Origin: a virus
Lineage: Duplodnaviria; Caudoviricetes
IMG/VR virus record: IMGVR_UViG_3300020568_000014
Coordinates: 1 to 35,885 of that record
DNA length: 35,885 nucleotides
Strand: one strand, 5' to 3'
This document shows, in pieces, positions 1-9,900 of this stretch (positions are counted from its first letter, which is position 1; every line of letters starts with the position of its first letter). Made by a program: the position numbers and the translations under genes. The notes below the pieces were generated by a model that saw nothing but the letters and a program-made list of their open reading frames with translations, ran no database searches and was not told the origin of the DNA.

Positions 1-120
1 TTCGTCGGCAGCGTCTTCTATGTAGTGGAGGTCGGTCTTGCAGAGCGAATCTGGCTCTGCCACGATCATGCGAAGACGAGCCACGATCTGCTCGGTAGTG
101 ATCTCGGGAAAGTCGCTCAC
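1..120 (-). CDS. small hypothetical phage protein, 3'-truncated by window edge (MSDFPEITTEQIVARLRMIVAEPDSLCKTDLHYIEDAADE...)
   Basis: Own translation from GTG at 120, which overlaps the TGA of the upstream gene (GTGA). Not in the ORF track. Has the 'IVARLR...AADE' pattern also seen in 117..416. Confidence 0.6.
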   Translation of the reverse strand, partial: MSDFPEITTEQIVARLRMIVAEPDSLCKTDLHYIEDAADE

Positions 121-416
121 TTGCCGTCCTCCTTGAAGCAGTCCCAGCCACGCCCTTCGGCATATCCAATCGCTTCTGCTTGTGCATGACACTTGCAGAA
201 CATCCGCCTCGCCTCGTCGCGCTCGCGCTTCAACTTGTTAGAGATGCTGATGAGTTCATCGCGCTCTGCCTCAAAGGCGTTTCGCTCATTCCGCAGCCGT
301 TCGATCTCGTCGGCGGATTGCGAGAAGATCGTCGGCCCGACGATGGGGGTGGTAGGCACGAATGGAAACGCCACGCTGTCGTGGCGCTTCCGAAGTTCAG
401 CCACAAGGTCAGTCAT
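117..416 (-). CDS. hypothetical coiled-coil phage protein (MTDLVAELRK...SADEIERLRNERN...ERDEARR)
   Basis: Start re-called at ATG 416, preceded by GAGG and overlapping the end of 409..564. 'ADEIERLR/ERDEAR' segments are typical of small phage early proteins. Confidence 0.65.
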   Translation of the reverse strand: MTDLVAELRKRHDSVAFPFVPTTPIVGPTIFSQSADEIERLRNERNAFEAERDELISISNKLKRERDEARRMFCKCHAQAEAIGYAEGRGWDCFKEDGK

Positions 417-564
417 GTTCAACCTCGCTTTCCCAAATCTGCTGATGCAACCAGCACCACTTCGATGGGTCCGAGTCTCGGGTGCAGTTGCACTCGTTTC
501 CGCACCGCTCGATGTCGATCTCCCGCTGGGTCGGGATGTGTTCGTCGCCGTGATCACGCTCCAT
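409..564 (-). CDS. small Cys-rich hypothetical protein (CxC...CxxH, possible Zn binding)
   Basis: ATG at 564 with AAGGAAAGG upstream. Fills the gap between two genes with short overlaps at both ends. Confidence 0.5.
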   Translation of the reverse strand: MERDHGDEHIPTQREIDIERCGNECNCTRDSDPSKWCWLHQQIWESEVEHD

Positions 565-1069
565 CGCTGGCCTTTCCTTTCGTGATGCGCTGAAGTTGCG
601 CGACCGCGTCATGCTTGGGTCGCTTACCGACTCGGTCAGCGACTCGCTCCCCTTCTGTGTTGTGTTGTGAATGTGATTGTGAATACGACCCGTCAGCGAC
701 ACGGTCACCGACTCGGTCAGCGACTCGGTCAGCGCCCCAGCGCTTGGCGTTCGTCCGGGCAGCGGCCTCCCGGCGAGCCTCGCGGATCACCTCCGTCCGC
801 TCGCGCTCGCGCTCCATGCGTGGGTTGACCAACTTCTCGACAGCCGTATCTGGATCGGACACCACCTCAAACCGATGGCGGATCTCGTTCCACTCCGTCG
901 GTGTCATGCCGACGGCGATGCGGGAGCAGACCTCGTAGTCGTTCGGGATCGACCCGGCTGTCCATGCGTAGCACAGCAGCCGGATGTACGAGCCGACGCA
1001 CGCCGGGGACATCGTGACCGTGGAGACCACGAAGTCGTTGGCGTACAACGGAAACCAAGGGAGGCTCAT
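554..1069 (-). CDS. DUF1376/YdaU-family putative replication initiator
   Basis: N-terminus LPWFPLYANDF...MSPACVGSYIRLLCYAW...IP, then LVNPRMERER and A..TNAKRW, matches the family pattern. Internal DNA repeats as in lambda O-type genes. Confidence 0.8.
   Translation of the reverse strand: MSLPWFPLYANDFVVSTVTMSPACVGSYIRLLCYAWTAGSIPNDYEVCSRIAVGMTPTEWNEIRHRFEVVSDPDTAVEKLVNPRMERERERTEVIREARREAAARTNAKRWGADRVADRVGDRVADGSYSQSHSQHNTEGERVADRVGKRPKHDAVAQLQRITKGKASDGA
628..734. repeat. 12-bp iteron-like repeats CGACTCGGTCAG (candidate replication origin)
   Basis: Exact copies at 628-639, 709-720 and 721-732; variants at 640-651, 686-696 and 697-708. They flank a T/G-rich, lower-GC spacer at 652-685. 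Confidence 0.75.
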
Positions 1070-1398
1070 GCCAGCACCTCCTCGACGGCATCACCAAGGA
1101 TCCAATCGACAAGCGTGTTGCCCGCCTCGGTCCAGTTGTCGGTTGGACGAACCGTCATTTCAAACGATGCCCTGCGCCTGTCGCTTTCGACCGAGATCCG
1201 AAACACCTTGCTGTCGATGCCGATCATGTCCGACTTACGCGCATTCTCCTGCATGGCCTCGCAAGTCTGCTCGACCATCGACATGATCGCCGATCCAACC
1301 TGATCGACGGTCGCCGATGGAATGTCGCATTGGCAATTCGCACCGTACTGCAACTCCTCACCACGGTTGAACCTGATGTCGAGTTCGATGGCGATCAT
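1066..1398 (-). CDS. hypothetical protein
   Basis: Start re-called at ATG 1398 (GGAGGT SD; ATGA overlaps with both neighbours). No family recognised. Confidence 0.7.
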   Translation of the reverse strand: MIAIELDIRFNRGEELQYGANCQCDIPSATVDQVGSAIMSMVEQTCEAMQENARKSDMIGIDSKVFRISVESDRRRASFEMTVRPTDNWTEAGNTLVDWILGDAVEEVLA

Positions 1399-1751
1399 GC
1401 GACACCTCCGAACAGGTCGGTCGGTACAACCTTGGTGCGTGCGATCCTGAACACGCGCTGCGCCTTGCCAGCCCTTCCCGGTCGAACTTCCCCGGTCGGC
1501 TCGATCAACCCTGCGTTGTGCAGTTCGCTGACCCTGCGCCGAGCGCCAACGTGCAGTCCAGCCAACTCCTCGGCCTCGTCGGGAGTCAGCCCGTTCCGGG
1601 CCGCTTCCGACTTGAACGCCCACAGCAACTGCTGCTGGATCTTTCCGAGTTTCGGAGCCATGTCTGCGGCGGCGGCGTGCGATGTCGATGGATCGCTGCG
1701 GCGGGCGATCTGGTGAGCGCCCGTCAGGGGGCGGCTTGCGCCGCCCCCCAT
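1395..1751 (-). CDS. winged-helix/HTH DNA-binding protein
   Basis: ARRSDPSTSHAAA leader plus GLTPDEAE...ARRRVSELHNAGLIEPTG.R, a common phage wHTH pattern. Start codon uncertain. Confidence 0.7.
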   Translation of the reverse strand: MGGGASRPLTGAHQIARRSDPSTSHAAAADMAPKLGKIQQQLLWAFKSEAARNGLTPDEAEELAGLHVGARRRVSELHNAGLIEPTGEVRPGRAGKAQRVFRIARTKVVPTDLFGGVA

Positions 1752-1764
1752 GTAGCCAGCGAAG

Positions 1765-2829
1765 TCAGAACGGGATGTTCGCATCGTCCACCTCCTCTCG
1801 CTTCGCGGGCTGCTTCGCGCCGACGATCTCGGTGATCTTCGGCTTCGCACCTCGCGCAGCCGTGGACGGCGGCGGGTACTGCACGACGGCGCGGACCTCC
1901 TTGCCGACGCAGTCCTCGATCTTCGCGAACAGGTGGTTGTCCCAGCAGCACATCTTCATGCCGTCCTGCGTCGTGATCCGCAGGAACTCCTGCGGGTTCG
2001 CGCTGCGCGACATCGCACGCTCGACCTCGGTGATGACGAGAGTGTCGTACCCCAGATCGGAATCGTCCGCGTCGCTCACCTGTTCCGCCGCCGGGAGGGC
2101 AGGAGCGCCAGCCGAAGCGGCGCTCCCGCCCCTTCCGGGGGTCGGCTCGGTCACCGCAGCAACGGCAACCGGAGTGGATGGCACATCGATGGTAACGGCG
2201 GTTGTCGCCAATTGCAAGCGCTTCAACCCGGTGTCGTGGCGCGGCTCGGCAACCACCGCATCGACCACGGGCGTGTCGGCCTGCGACATTTCCTCGGCGC
2301 TGTACAGACCGGACAGTTCGGCGGGGAAGACGCGACGCAGGCTCAACATCTCGGCGCACTTGGCGATCATCTGCACAGGGAACTTCTTCCACAAGCCTGA
2401 CAGGTTTCCGTCATCGAACCGCTGCGCGTACTCGCCGAACAGGGCAACCGAATAGATCGGAGCCGCGAACCCGGTTCGCATCACGCCGACCTTGGCGGCG
2501 ACGGGCAACTTGTTGGACAGCCACACATCCTTCCACACGCCGTCCTCGCCGCACCAGTACGGGCCGTCCTGCCCCGCATACTGGCCGCTGCGCTGGGCAA
2601 CCAGCCGAGCGCCGTCGATGCTGACTTGCGGGGTCATCACGTTGCGCTTCAACTTCCCATCCCAGCGCGGGATGGCGTAGATCTGCCGAGCGAACGGGTC
2701 CAGCCCGGTGCGGTCGCAGATGGCGACGAACAGCGCCAACTCGTCGGGCGAGCAGCCCTTCGCGATGGTGCGCCCAATCAACTCAACCTTGTCGCTGGTC
2801 ATGCCAGCCTTCACGATTTCAGACTTCAT
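1765..2829 (-). CDS. bet: single-strand annealing protein, Bet/RecT family, with C-terminal extension ending DDANIPF
   Basis: ELALFVAICDRTGLDPFARQIYAI, QVSIDGARLVAQRSGQYAG, W..FP..MIAKCAE...LR..FP...GLYSAEEM. Start re-called at ATG 2829. Confidence 0.92.
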   Translation of the reverse strand: MKSEIVKAGMTSDKVELIGRTIAKGCSPDELALFVAICDRTGLDPFARQIYAIPRWDGKLKRNVMTPQVSIDGARLVAQRSGQYAGQDGPYWCGEDGVWKDVWLSNKLPVAAKVGVMRTGFAAPIYSVALFGEYAQRFDDGNLSGLWKKFPVQMIAKCAEMLSLRRVFPAELSGLYSAEEMSQADTPVVDAVVAEPRHDTGLKRLQLATTAVTIDVPSTPVAVAAVTEPTPGRGGSAASAGAPALPAAEQVSDADDSDLGYDTLVITEVERAMSRSANPQEFLRITTQDGMKMCCWDNHLFAKIEDCVGKEVRAVVQYPPPSTAARGAKPKITEIVGAKQPAKREEVDDANIPF

Positions 2830-3682
2830 TGAACTCTCCCAAGTTCTGTGCGATGCGAGCAGCAGCCCACGCTGGGATGCCGATCTCGGTGACACCTTCG
2901 TAACCACGCGGACCTTCCGCGAGATAAGCCTTGTACTGCGTGACGAGTTCCAGCATCCGAGGGCGGAACGCCTCCGCGATCTCGTCGCTGAACCGATAGA
3001 CGGCGGTCGCATACGGAGCGGTCTTCTCGACCACCACGAACACGAAGTGCTGCGCCGGAACGCCGCACGCTCGCGCCATCTCCAAGTAGAACGCGCATTG
3101 CACGCCGTACCCGAAGTTCCAGATCGTGCGCTCAAACTCCGACTTCGATGCGCTCGATGCGGTGGTCTTCACATCGACGATGATGCGCTCGCCGTTGACC
3201 TCGACCAGCCTGTCGAAGCGCGACTTGGCACGCACGCCAGCGATCTCGGCAAACAGCGAGACCTCGGCGCTGCCGTTCAGGTCGGACACCACCATGCGTG
3301 CATCCGGGTTGGCGGCAATGGCAGCAGCCATCGCCGAGACCTCCTCGGCTTGGTCGGCGGTCAGCACGGTCTTGCTGCCGACCGAGGCAACGAACGACTC
3401 GTAGGTCGCCTTGCCTTCCTTGGTGCGGCGGTCAACGGCTGGGGCCACCACAAAGTCACGCAAATACAGGTGAGGTGTCAGCACCTTGCAATGCAGGGCG
3501 CGACCGACGGCAAGCGCCGGGGAATCAGACGGGTTTGCGATGCTGTGAGCCAGATGCAACGAGGTGCTGCGATCAAGAATCCGCAGCCGCGAAGCAGACA
3601 TGGCATCGAATGAGTGATAGATTGAATCAGGCAGATCCCGCTCGATGTGGGGAAGCGCCGGGGGTGTGAATCGTTCAAGCAT
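2819..3682 (-). CDS. PD-(D/E)XK exonuclease, RecE/ExoVIII-like (DUF3799 type)
   Basis: YH...AMSASRL, G.ALH..VL.P, AEVSLF, KSRFDRL, IVDVKTT, Y..Q.AFY, FVFVVVEKTAPY. Adjacent to bet. ATG 3682 has GGGAGAGAC upstream. Confidence 0.88.
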   Translation of the reverse strand: MLERFTPPALPHIERDLPDSIYHSFDAMSASRLRILDRSTSLHLAHSIANPSDSPALAVGRALHCKVLTPHLYLRDFVVAPAVDRRTKEGKATYESFVASVGSKTVLTADQAEEVSAMAAAIAANPDARMVVSDLNGSAEVSLFAEIAGVRAKSRFDRLVEVNGERIIVDVKTTASSASKSEFERTIWNFGYGVQCAFYLEMARACGVPAQHFVFVVVEKTAPYATAVYRFSDEIAEAFRPRMLELVTQYKAYLAEGPRGYEGVTEIGIPAWAAARIAQNLGEFNEV

Positions 3683-3693
3683 TGGTCTCTCCC

Positions 3694-3730
3694 AAACCGC
3701 CGTGTGGTCTTCGGACCCACGGCGTTTCTT
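3694..3730. other. intergenic stem-loop between RHH gene and exonuclease
   Basis: CGCCGTG-T-GGTC TTCG GACC-CACGGCG followed by TTTCTT on +; reads as a C(UUCG)G tetraloop on the + strand. Confidence 0.55.
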
Positions 3731-3918
3731 CAAACGTAGGGGCGTTCAGACTCTTCCGCTGGCTGCGGCAGTTCGTGCGCGTACCGATCCAGCAGCAGAT
3801 CGATCAGCGCACATTGGGTCCAGCGACCAGCCTCCGCGTAGCGCTCAATGCGGCGCTTCGTGGCGGCTTTGATCGTCAGCGTGGCGTGTCGCCGTGGCTT
3901 CTGGGTGTCAGTTTCCAT
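3730..3918 (-). CDS. ribbon-helix-helix-like transcriptional regulator (62 aa)
   Basis: HATLTIK strand followed by two short helices (AATKRRIERYAE; TQCALIDLLLDRY). Strong SD AAAGGAGAGACAC-ATG. First gene after a promoter. Confidence 0.65.
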   Translation of the reverse strand: METDTQKPRRHATLTIKAATKRRIERYAEAGRWTQCALIDLLLDRYAHELPQPAEESERPYV

Positions 3919-3954
3919 GTGTCTCTCCTTTCTGCGGCTTCGTGCCGCACACAC

Positions 3955-3983
3955 ATGGTAACCATCCCACACCCACATTGCAA
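3955..3983 (-). promoter_or_regulatory. sigma70-like promoter of the replication/recombination operon
   Basis: TTGCAA-N17-TACCAT on -, followed by a leader hairpin (TGCGGC/GCCGCA, 3933-3949) and an SD. The -10 overlaps the palindrome ATGGTAACCAT. Confidence 0.7.
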
Positions 3984-3985
3984 CA

Positions 3986-6900
3986 CTACTGCTGCAATTG
4001 TTTCTCGCGACGTTCCTGCGCCAGCCTGATGCGTTCCCGAGCAGCCAGCACGTTCAACCGCTGGCGCTGCTTCGGCGTAAGTTCGCCAGCCTTATCCAAC
4101 TTGCGGTAGTACTCCAGCAACTTGCGGTCGCTCGGCTTGGCCTTCGCGGCCACGCCCGTGACGGTGGATACAGGCGCAACCACAGGAACACCAGCCAGTT
4201 GCAGCGTCGTTTCTGACAGGCTTGGCAAGTCTCCCTGCGCGAGATACTTGGAAGTGTCTCCGAGGAAACGGATTACGAGCGGCTCCAGCACATCGTCGGC
4301 ACGCTCGGGACTTCCCATAGCGCCATCGACAATTGCACCCCCGGCCATGCCGAGGTAGCCAAACACCGCCGATGCCGCGTCGCCAGCGACCCGTGACGGC
4401 AGATACCCCATTTCCTGTTCCATCGCCATGCGACGGATCATGTCCTCATCCTCTTCGTCGCCGCCGCCTCCGAGCGCGTTGGCGATGGCGATGCCAGCCG
4501 CCGTCCACAGCGGATTGATTGCAGCGGCCAGAGCGATGTTGCTCGACACCCCTGCTGCCGTCTTCGCAATCAACGCAGGATCGCGGCTTGCGACGGCACG
4601 GCGAATCTGGTTGTAGCCCTTGAGCGGGTCGCTGCTGAACGGGAACATCAGCCGACCAATGCCCTGCGAGAACTTCTGCTGGGCAGCAAAGACCGTGTCA
4701 TCGAGCGGGTCGCTCACGTTCTGCGTCTTTCGGAATGCCTGTTCGGCCATCTTTGCCGCACCGACATCAAGTTCCGCATTGGTCATCGACGGGTTTCGTG
4801 CGGCGAGATCGGCACGCATACCGATGAACGCGGCCAGCATGATCTGCCTGTCGATCATGCGAAGCATTCCGTCAGCGCTCTTCAGAACCCGGCTGATCGG
4901 CAGCACGCCTTCGCGTAGATCACGCACCGAACGAGCGAACTTGCCCGCCGCCACGCTTTCCCCGACCGAGGCGAGAGAACGAGCCGACGATGCCAGCGAC
5001 GCTGCCCACCTGTCGCGTGCCGTATTCGGGTCTCCAAGCACGTTCGCGAAGATGCCGACTTGGCTGCGACGGTGTCGGTCATAGAAGTACCCGTTGATAG
5101 ATTCGACGGCCCGAGCCATGTCCCGGCGCTGCGCCGGGGTCATCGTCGCCATCCGAGCAACGCCATTCGACCACGCCCCAACTGGCATTTCGCTCGCGAG
5201 CCGGAACGCACCACCCAACTGCCGAAGCCAAGTCTTGGGGTTGAGTGTGATGAGAGCGCCGCTCACGTTGGCATTCAGCCCCTCGATAAATCCGCCCTGC
5301 GGCTTTCCAGACAGGCCAACGCCATTCAGAACCAACTTCCTGATCGCGTCGTTGCCGCCATCTCCCATCGTCGCCTCGATTCCGCTGCGGACGCGAGCGG
5401 ACTTCAGGACAGACATCGCATACCGAAGCGGGAGAGACAGATGAATCAGCCGCAACGATTCGTCGAGGTGGCTGTCCATCGTCCGCATCATGCCGCCGAC
5501 AACCATCGTGGACTTCGCGGCGACGCGCTGCTGGAGGAACCCGGCGTTCGACAGCATGGTGTTCATCACCATGTTCGGCTGCATATTCGGGTCGATTGTC
5601 TGCCCAGCAATCTCGTCGCCGAGTCGCTGGCGCGGGAAGTACCCCGGAACGATGTCAGGCTGGCGACCGTGAATCTGGAAGTGAATGTCGAAGGCGCGAG
5701 GCTGGATCTCCTGCTCCAAGATCGCCTTCATCTCGTCAATCAATCTGCGCTGCCCATCGGTCAGGCTGGTTCTGATGTCCGCGAATTCCTGCCGCGTCAT
5801 GTAGATCGGCGTGGCATTGCGGTCGGTCGAGAACACGATTGGCGCTCCGGGCGTTCCGGTCGGATCCGAATCGTCGGTCAGCAGGGCCACCGTCTGATCA
5901 TCCATCGCAGCCAGATGCAGCATCTGGTCAACGGTGATCGTCATCGGATTTCCGCCAAGGCTGACCGTCACGGTCTCGGCAGACGATTCGCCGTACAACC
6001 CAGCGGCATTCGTCGCATATCCGTCATAGCCCGAATACCCGGCTGACCGAAGCGCCGCGTCGATTCGCTCGTCGATGCGCTTGCGGTCGAGCGTCATGTT
6101 GCCCTTTGCCTCGGCGAACCCGGCCCACATCTTCCCGAGTACACCGCCAGCCCCGCCCTCGATGGCTTGCATCAGGGTGTAGATGTCGGAGTTTCCGATG
6201 GTTGACAGGATGTCGCGGATGATGTTTCTCCTCGGAGCCATCGAGGAGATGCGACCACGCTCGACCTTCGGCAATGACGCAAGCGACGCTCCAAGCGCAG
6301 ACGCATCCGCAGCCGCTTCGTCCGCTCTGGCATCGCGTGCATCCCTGTATTCCGCACGCTCGACATCGAATCGCTGCATGGCCGATTCCAGAAGAGCCTG
6401 TGCGCTTGCGGTTCGGGCGGCAATGTCTGCCGTATCCGTGAACGGGAGCATCCGCTTTCGTCCTGCGGCGAGCATCGATCTCGCGGATGACAGCGCCGAC
6501 AACAGATCAGACCGCGTTTCCGCACGCAGCCCGACCTTTCTCACGCGCTTGTCCATCCTGTTGATCGCGGCCACCGTTTCGATGGCTTCCGCCATCGCAA
6601 GATCCTGAACGACACGGCGAGCGATCTTGTTGATTCCTGCGGCTGTCTTCATCGTCGCAACGGCATTGACATACTTGCCGCGCAACTTGATCGGAAGCGT
6701 CGCGATGACCTCGACAGCGGCCTTCCGCAGATCGGCCATCCGCGCCTTGGCTTCTTCAATCCCTTCCTTGCGACCGACGGCACGGCCCTTGTAAAGACCC
6801 TTGATCCACGCCTTCAGGATCTGCGACTGCGCCTTCTCCGCAGCCTTCTTGCGTCCTGCACGCTCATACTTACGCATGACATTGATGCGGTTGCGAAGTT

Positions 6901-9900
6901 CGTCGTTCGTTTCCGCTGCGGCTTCGATGTCGAGCATCAGGCCAGCAACGCGGTCTCGGAACGCAGCACGCATCTCCATGCGCTTTGCCAACGCCTCGAC
7001 GCGCTCCTTGTTCCGTTCCTCGCGCACAAGTTGTGCAGCCTTTCGCTTCTCTTCGCGCTTGGCTACAGCCTGACCCCTGACCTCACCTGACAGAAGACCT
7101 TCTCGGCGACCGATGCCATACGCAAGACGAACGCGGCGTTCGGACTTTCCTTCCGCAACGCGACGGCGAGCGGAGAGTGTCGGCGAAATAACGCGCACCT
7201 GATCTGCAGAGATTTCGTTTGCGTCAAATACCAACTCCGATTCGTTTTCGCTGCCTCGAAAAACGATCATTTCCGGTGTCGCGTCAACCTCAACAACAAC
7301 GCGGTTCTTGTCTCTAACCGCTGCAAGATTGACAAAACGCTCCGCGAGAGAACGATTTGTCGTTCCGCTCATCGGACCGATGTCTTCGCCGTTTTTCCAA
7401 GCATTCAATTGCGCTCGCGACATTGACCGATACAACTTGAACGAGTCACCAAGCACGCGCCGAATAGCATTTCTCACAACCGATATCTTGGCTTCGTAGT
7501 TTGGGATCAACGACACGATGTACTTGGCATCTCCATTGCCAAGATCGGCAATGCCACCAACATGGGCTTCCTCAAATGTTGCAATATCTGGATCAACGGA
7601 AACTTCCCAAATCGGCGATAGGTCGCGGTAGTCAGCATCCTGCTTTGTAGTGATGTTGCGGCGAGCGGCGAGCAACTGCGGTTTATTTGTCGGACGCTCG
7701 TTGAAGACGGACTTGATCTGGTTGGAATCAAACGCAATCCAACTGTCACCGCCGCCTTCGACGATGTTCTTGTACACCATCCCGTCGTAGCCAAGTCGCT
7801 TCAGATCAGCGACGAACTTCTGCAACGCAGCCTTGTTGAATGCGACTCGATTCTTTTGAGTCCGTTCTCCGAGTTCTTCGCGTACCTCCGAATTGATCTT
7901 TTGCACATACTCCAACGGAGTCATATCAATCAATCCGGTGCGCTCGGAAGGACGAGTGACCATACCGGAACGCATCGCTTCCGAAAAGTCCATTCCTTCT
8001 GGAGCATCGAACTCGTTGTCCTCGGGGACATAACGGAACAGATTTGATTCGCCAAGTCTGACAGGTCGATAGAACTGACCGATCAAGTCACCAAAGTTCC
8101 AACCGCCAAGATCGCCCATCATCTTGCTTCCGGTTTCGGAAACACGAAGTGGGTTCTTGATGGACAGGTACACGGGGTAAATACGAGCGCCGCCAGTTTG
8201 CGACATCCCGCCAATTCGGCTTCCAAGCGCCCGATCAGCCGCCTCGGGCGTGGAAGCAAAGTGATATCCAAGATCCTTGGTGACCTTGAATACATCAAAG
8301 TCTCGTCCTGCGCGAGTAGCGTGATAGACGGGAAGCGGATTTCCGTCCGCATCAACCACTCTGCTGTCACCAAACCACGCACGCCACTCTGGAGTAAACG
8401 ATTCCAACTGGCGAGATGGAACTCGGCGAGCAGCGAGCGTCTTGTATTCGGCATCGGTGACGCGCTGATTGGTCAGCGCGTTGATGATCGGATCCCCAGA
8501 AGCAACAACAACCTCGGCGTGAATGCTGCCTCTCCATCCGCCACGATTCTGCGATCCCTCGTCCGAAATGTTCTTGAGGACAACAACATCGTGACCAGCA
8601 GCAATAAGAATCCCAGCAATGTCATCGGCAGTGACAACAGGAATCCATCCATAACGCTTTTCAATTCGACCGTTTTTCAGCCATGCATCAATCAATCCTT
8701 CGTCGAACCATTCAGACGATTCTGTTCCAGCAACCTTGTTGACGAGTTCGTACACGCTGTCGCCAAGATATTTCTGCAACTCTCGATGAGCAACCCACGC
8801 AGGAATTCGAGCCCAATGATTGGTTCGTATATCAACTTCTGCTGGATTCTTTGCGCTAATCCACGCCGGGTATACCTGATCGCCAAACGATTCAGCAAAA
8901 GTTGGATTGTCCGTAAATGACATACCGTCATTTCCGTATCGCAGCATCGGCATCTTCCCACTGCTCGGAAGGCGACCAAACGGAACAATCGGCGTTTCGC
9001 GAATAGACCCGTGATAGACCATCACGGGCTTGCCCTGCTTGTCTGTCAACGCCCACTTGCGTTCACCACGGGCGACCTCGTCGAAGAACCGTTTCGATGG
9101 GCGGCGAGCCGACAGGACGCTTCCGACGCGACCCTCCTCCCAAGTCCACGACGGCATCAGCCCGACCTTCTGGTCAGCAAAGGTCGTGTCCTCAACCTTC
9201 GCATCGCGGTTCTTCTCTCCGAACGGACCGAAGTTCAGCCAACTATTCTGACCGCGAGTCTCCGAAGTCATCGCCCCGATAGCCGCCCCGGTGAACAGGC
9301 GCACATGGGCTTGCCATGCGTTCTCCTCGCCACGCGCCCGGAACCCAGCGCCCTCAAGGCTGTGACCCATTGCGTCGTGGACAGCGCGGAACAGGTCGTT
9401 GGCGGTCACCCGCTTGAGCGGACCGCCGGGGCGACCGAATGCCCATTGCAGCCCGGTATCGGCGAGCAAGGGGTTGTTGCTGACATCGAGGTCCGTCGCG
9501 CCGCTTCCGAATCCGCTCTCCGTCGGGAACACCGCCATGCGCCTGTTCGCACGCAGATCGCGCACGGCGTTGTACGGATTGCCGAAGCCACCCTGCTGGT
9601 CGGCGTATGGATCGTTGTCAAGATCGACGAAGTAGAACTCGTAGCCAGCATCGACTAGCGCCTGATACTGCGCCGTGGTCTGCTCGATCAGTTGCCTGTA
9701 CGCCTCGGCGACCGCAGGATCCTGCGGCTTGTGTTCCATCTTTTCGTATGCGTCGGCAATGCGACGCGCACGGTCGAGGTCTACATCTGCGTACTCGGAC
9801 TGCCGCTTGAGGTCGATCCCTCGGGAAGCGGCATAGCGCTCGGCGACGGCGACGATGACCGGGTCGGGGCCAGTGAACCCTCTGATGACAGGCGCTCCTG

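Noticed and set aside
628-734. CRISPR array or mini-array
   Set aside because: Repeats are 12 bp, directly abutting, without unique spacers, and inside a coding frame.
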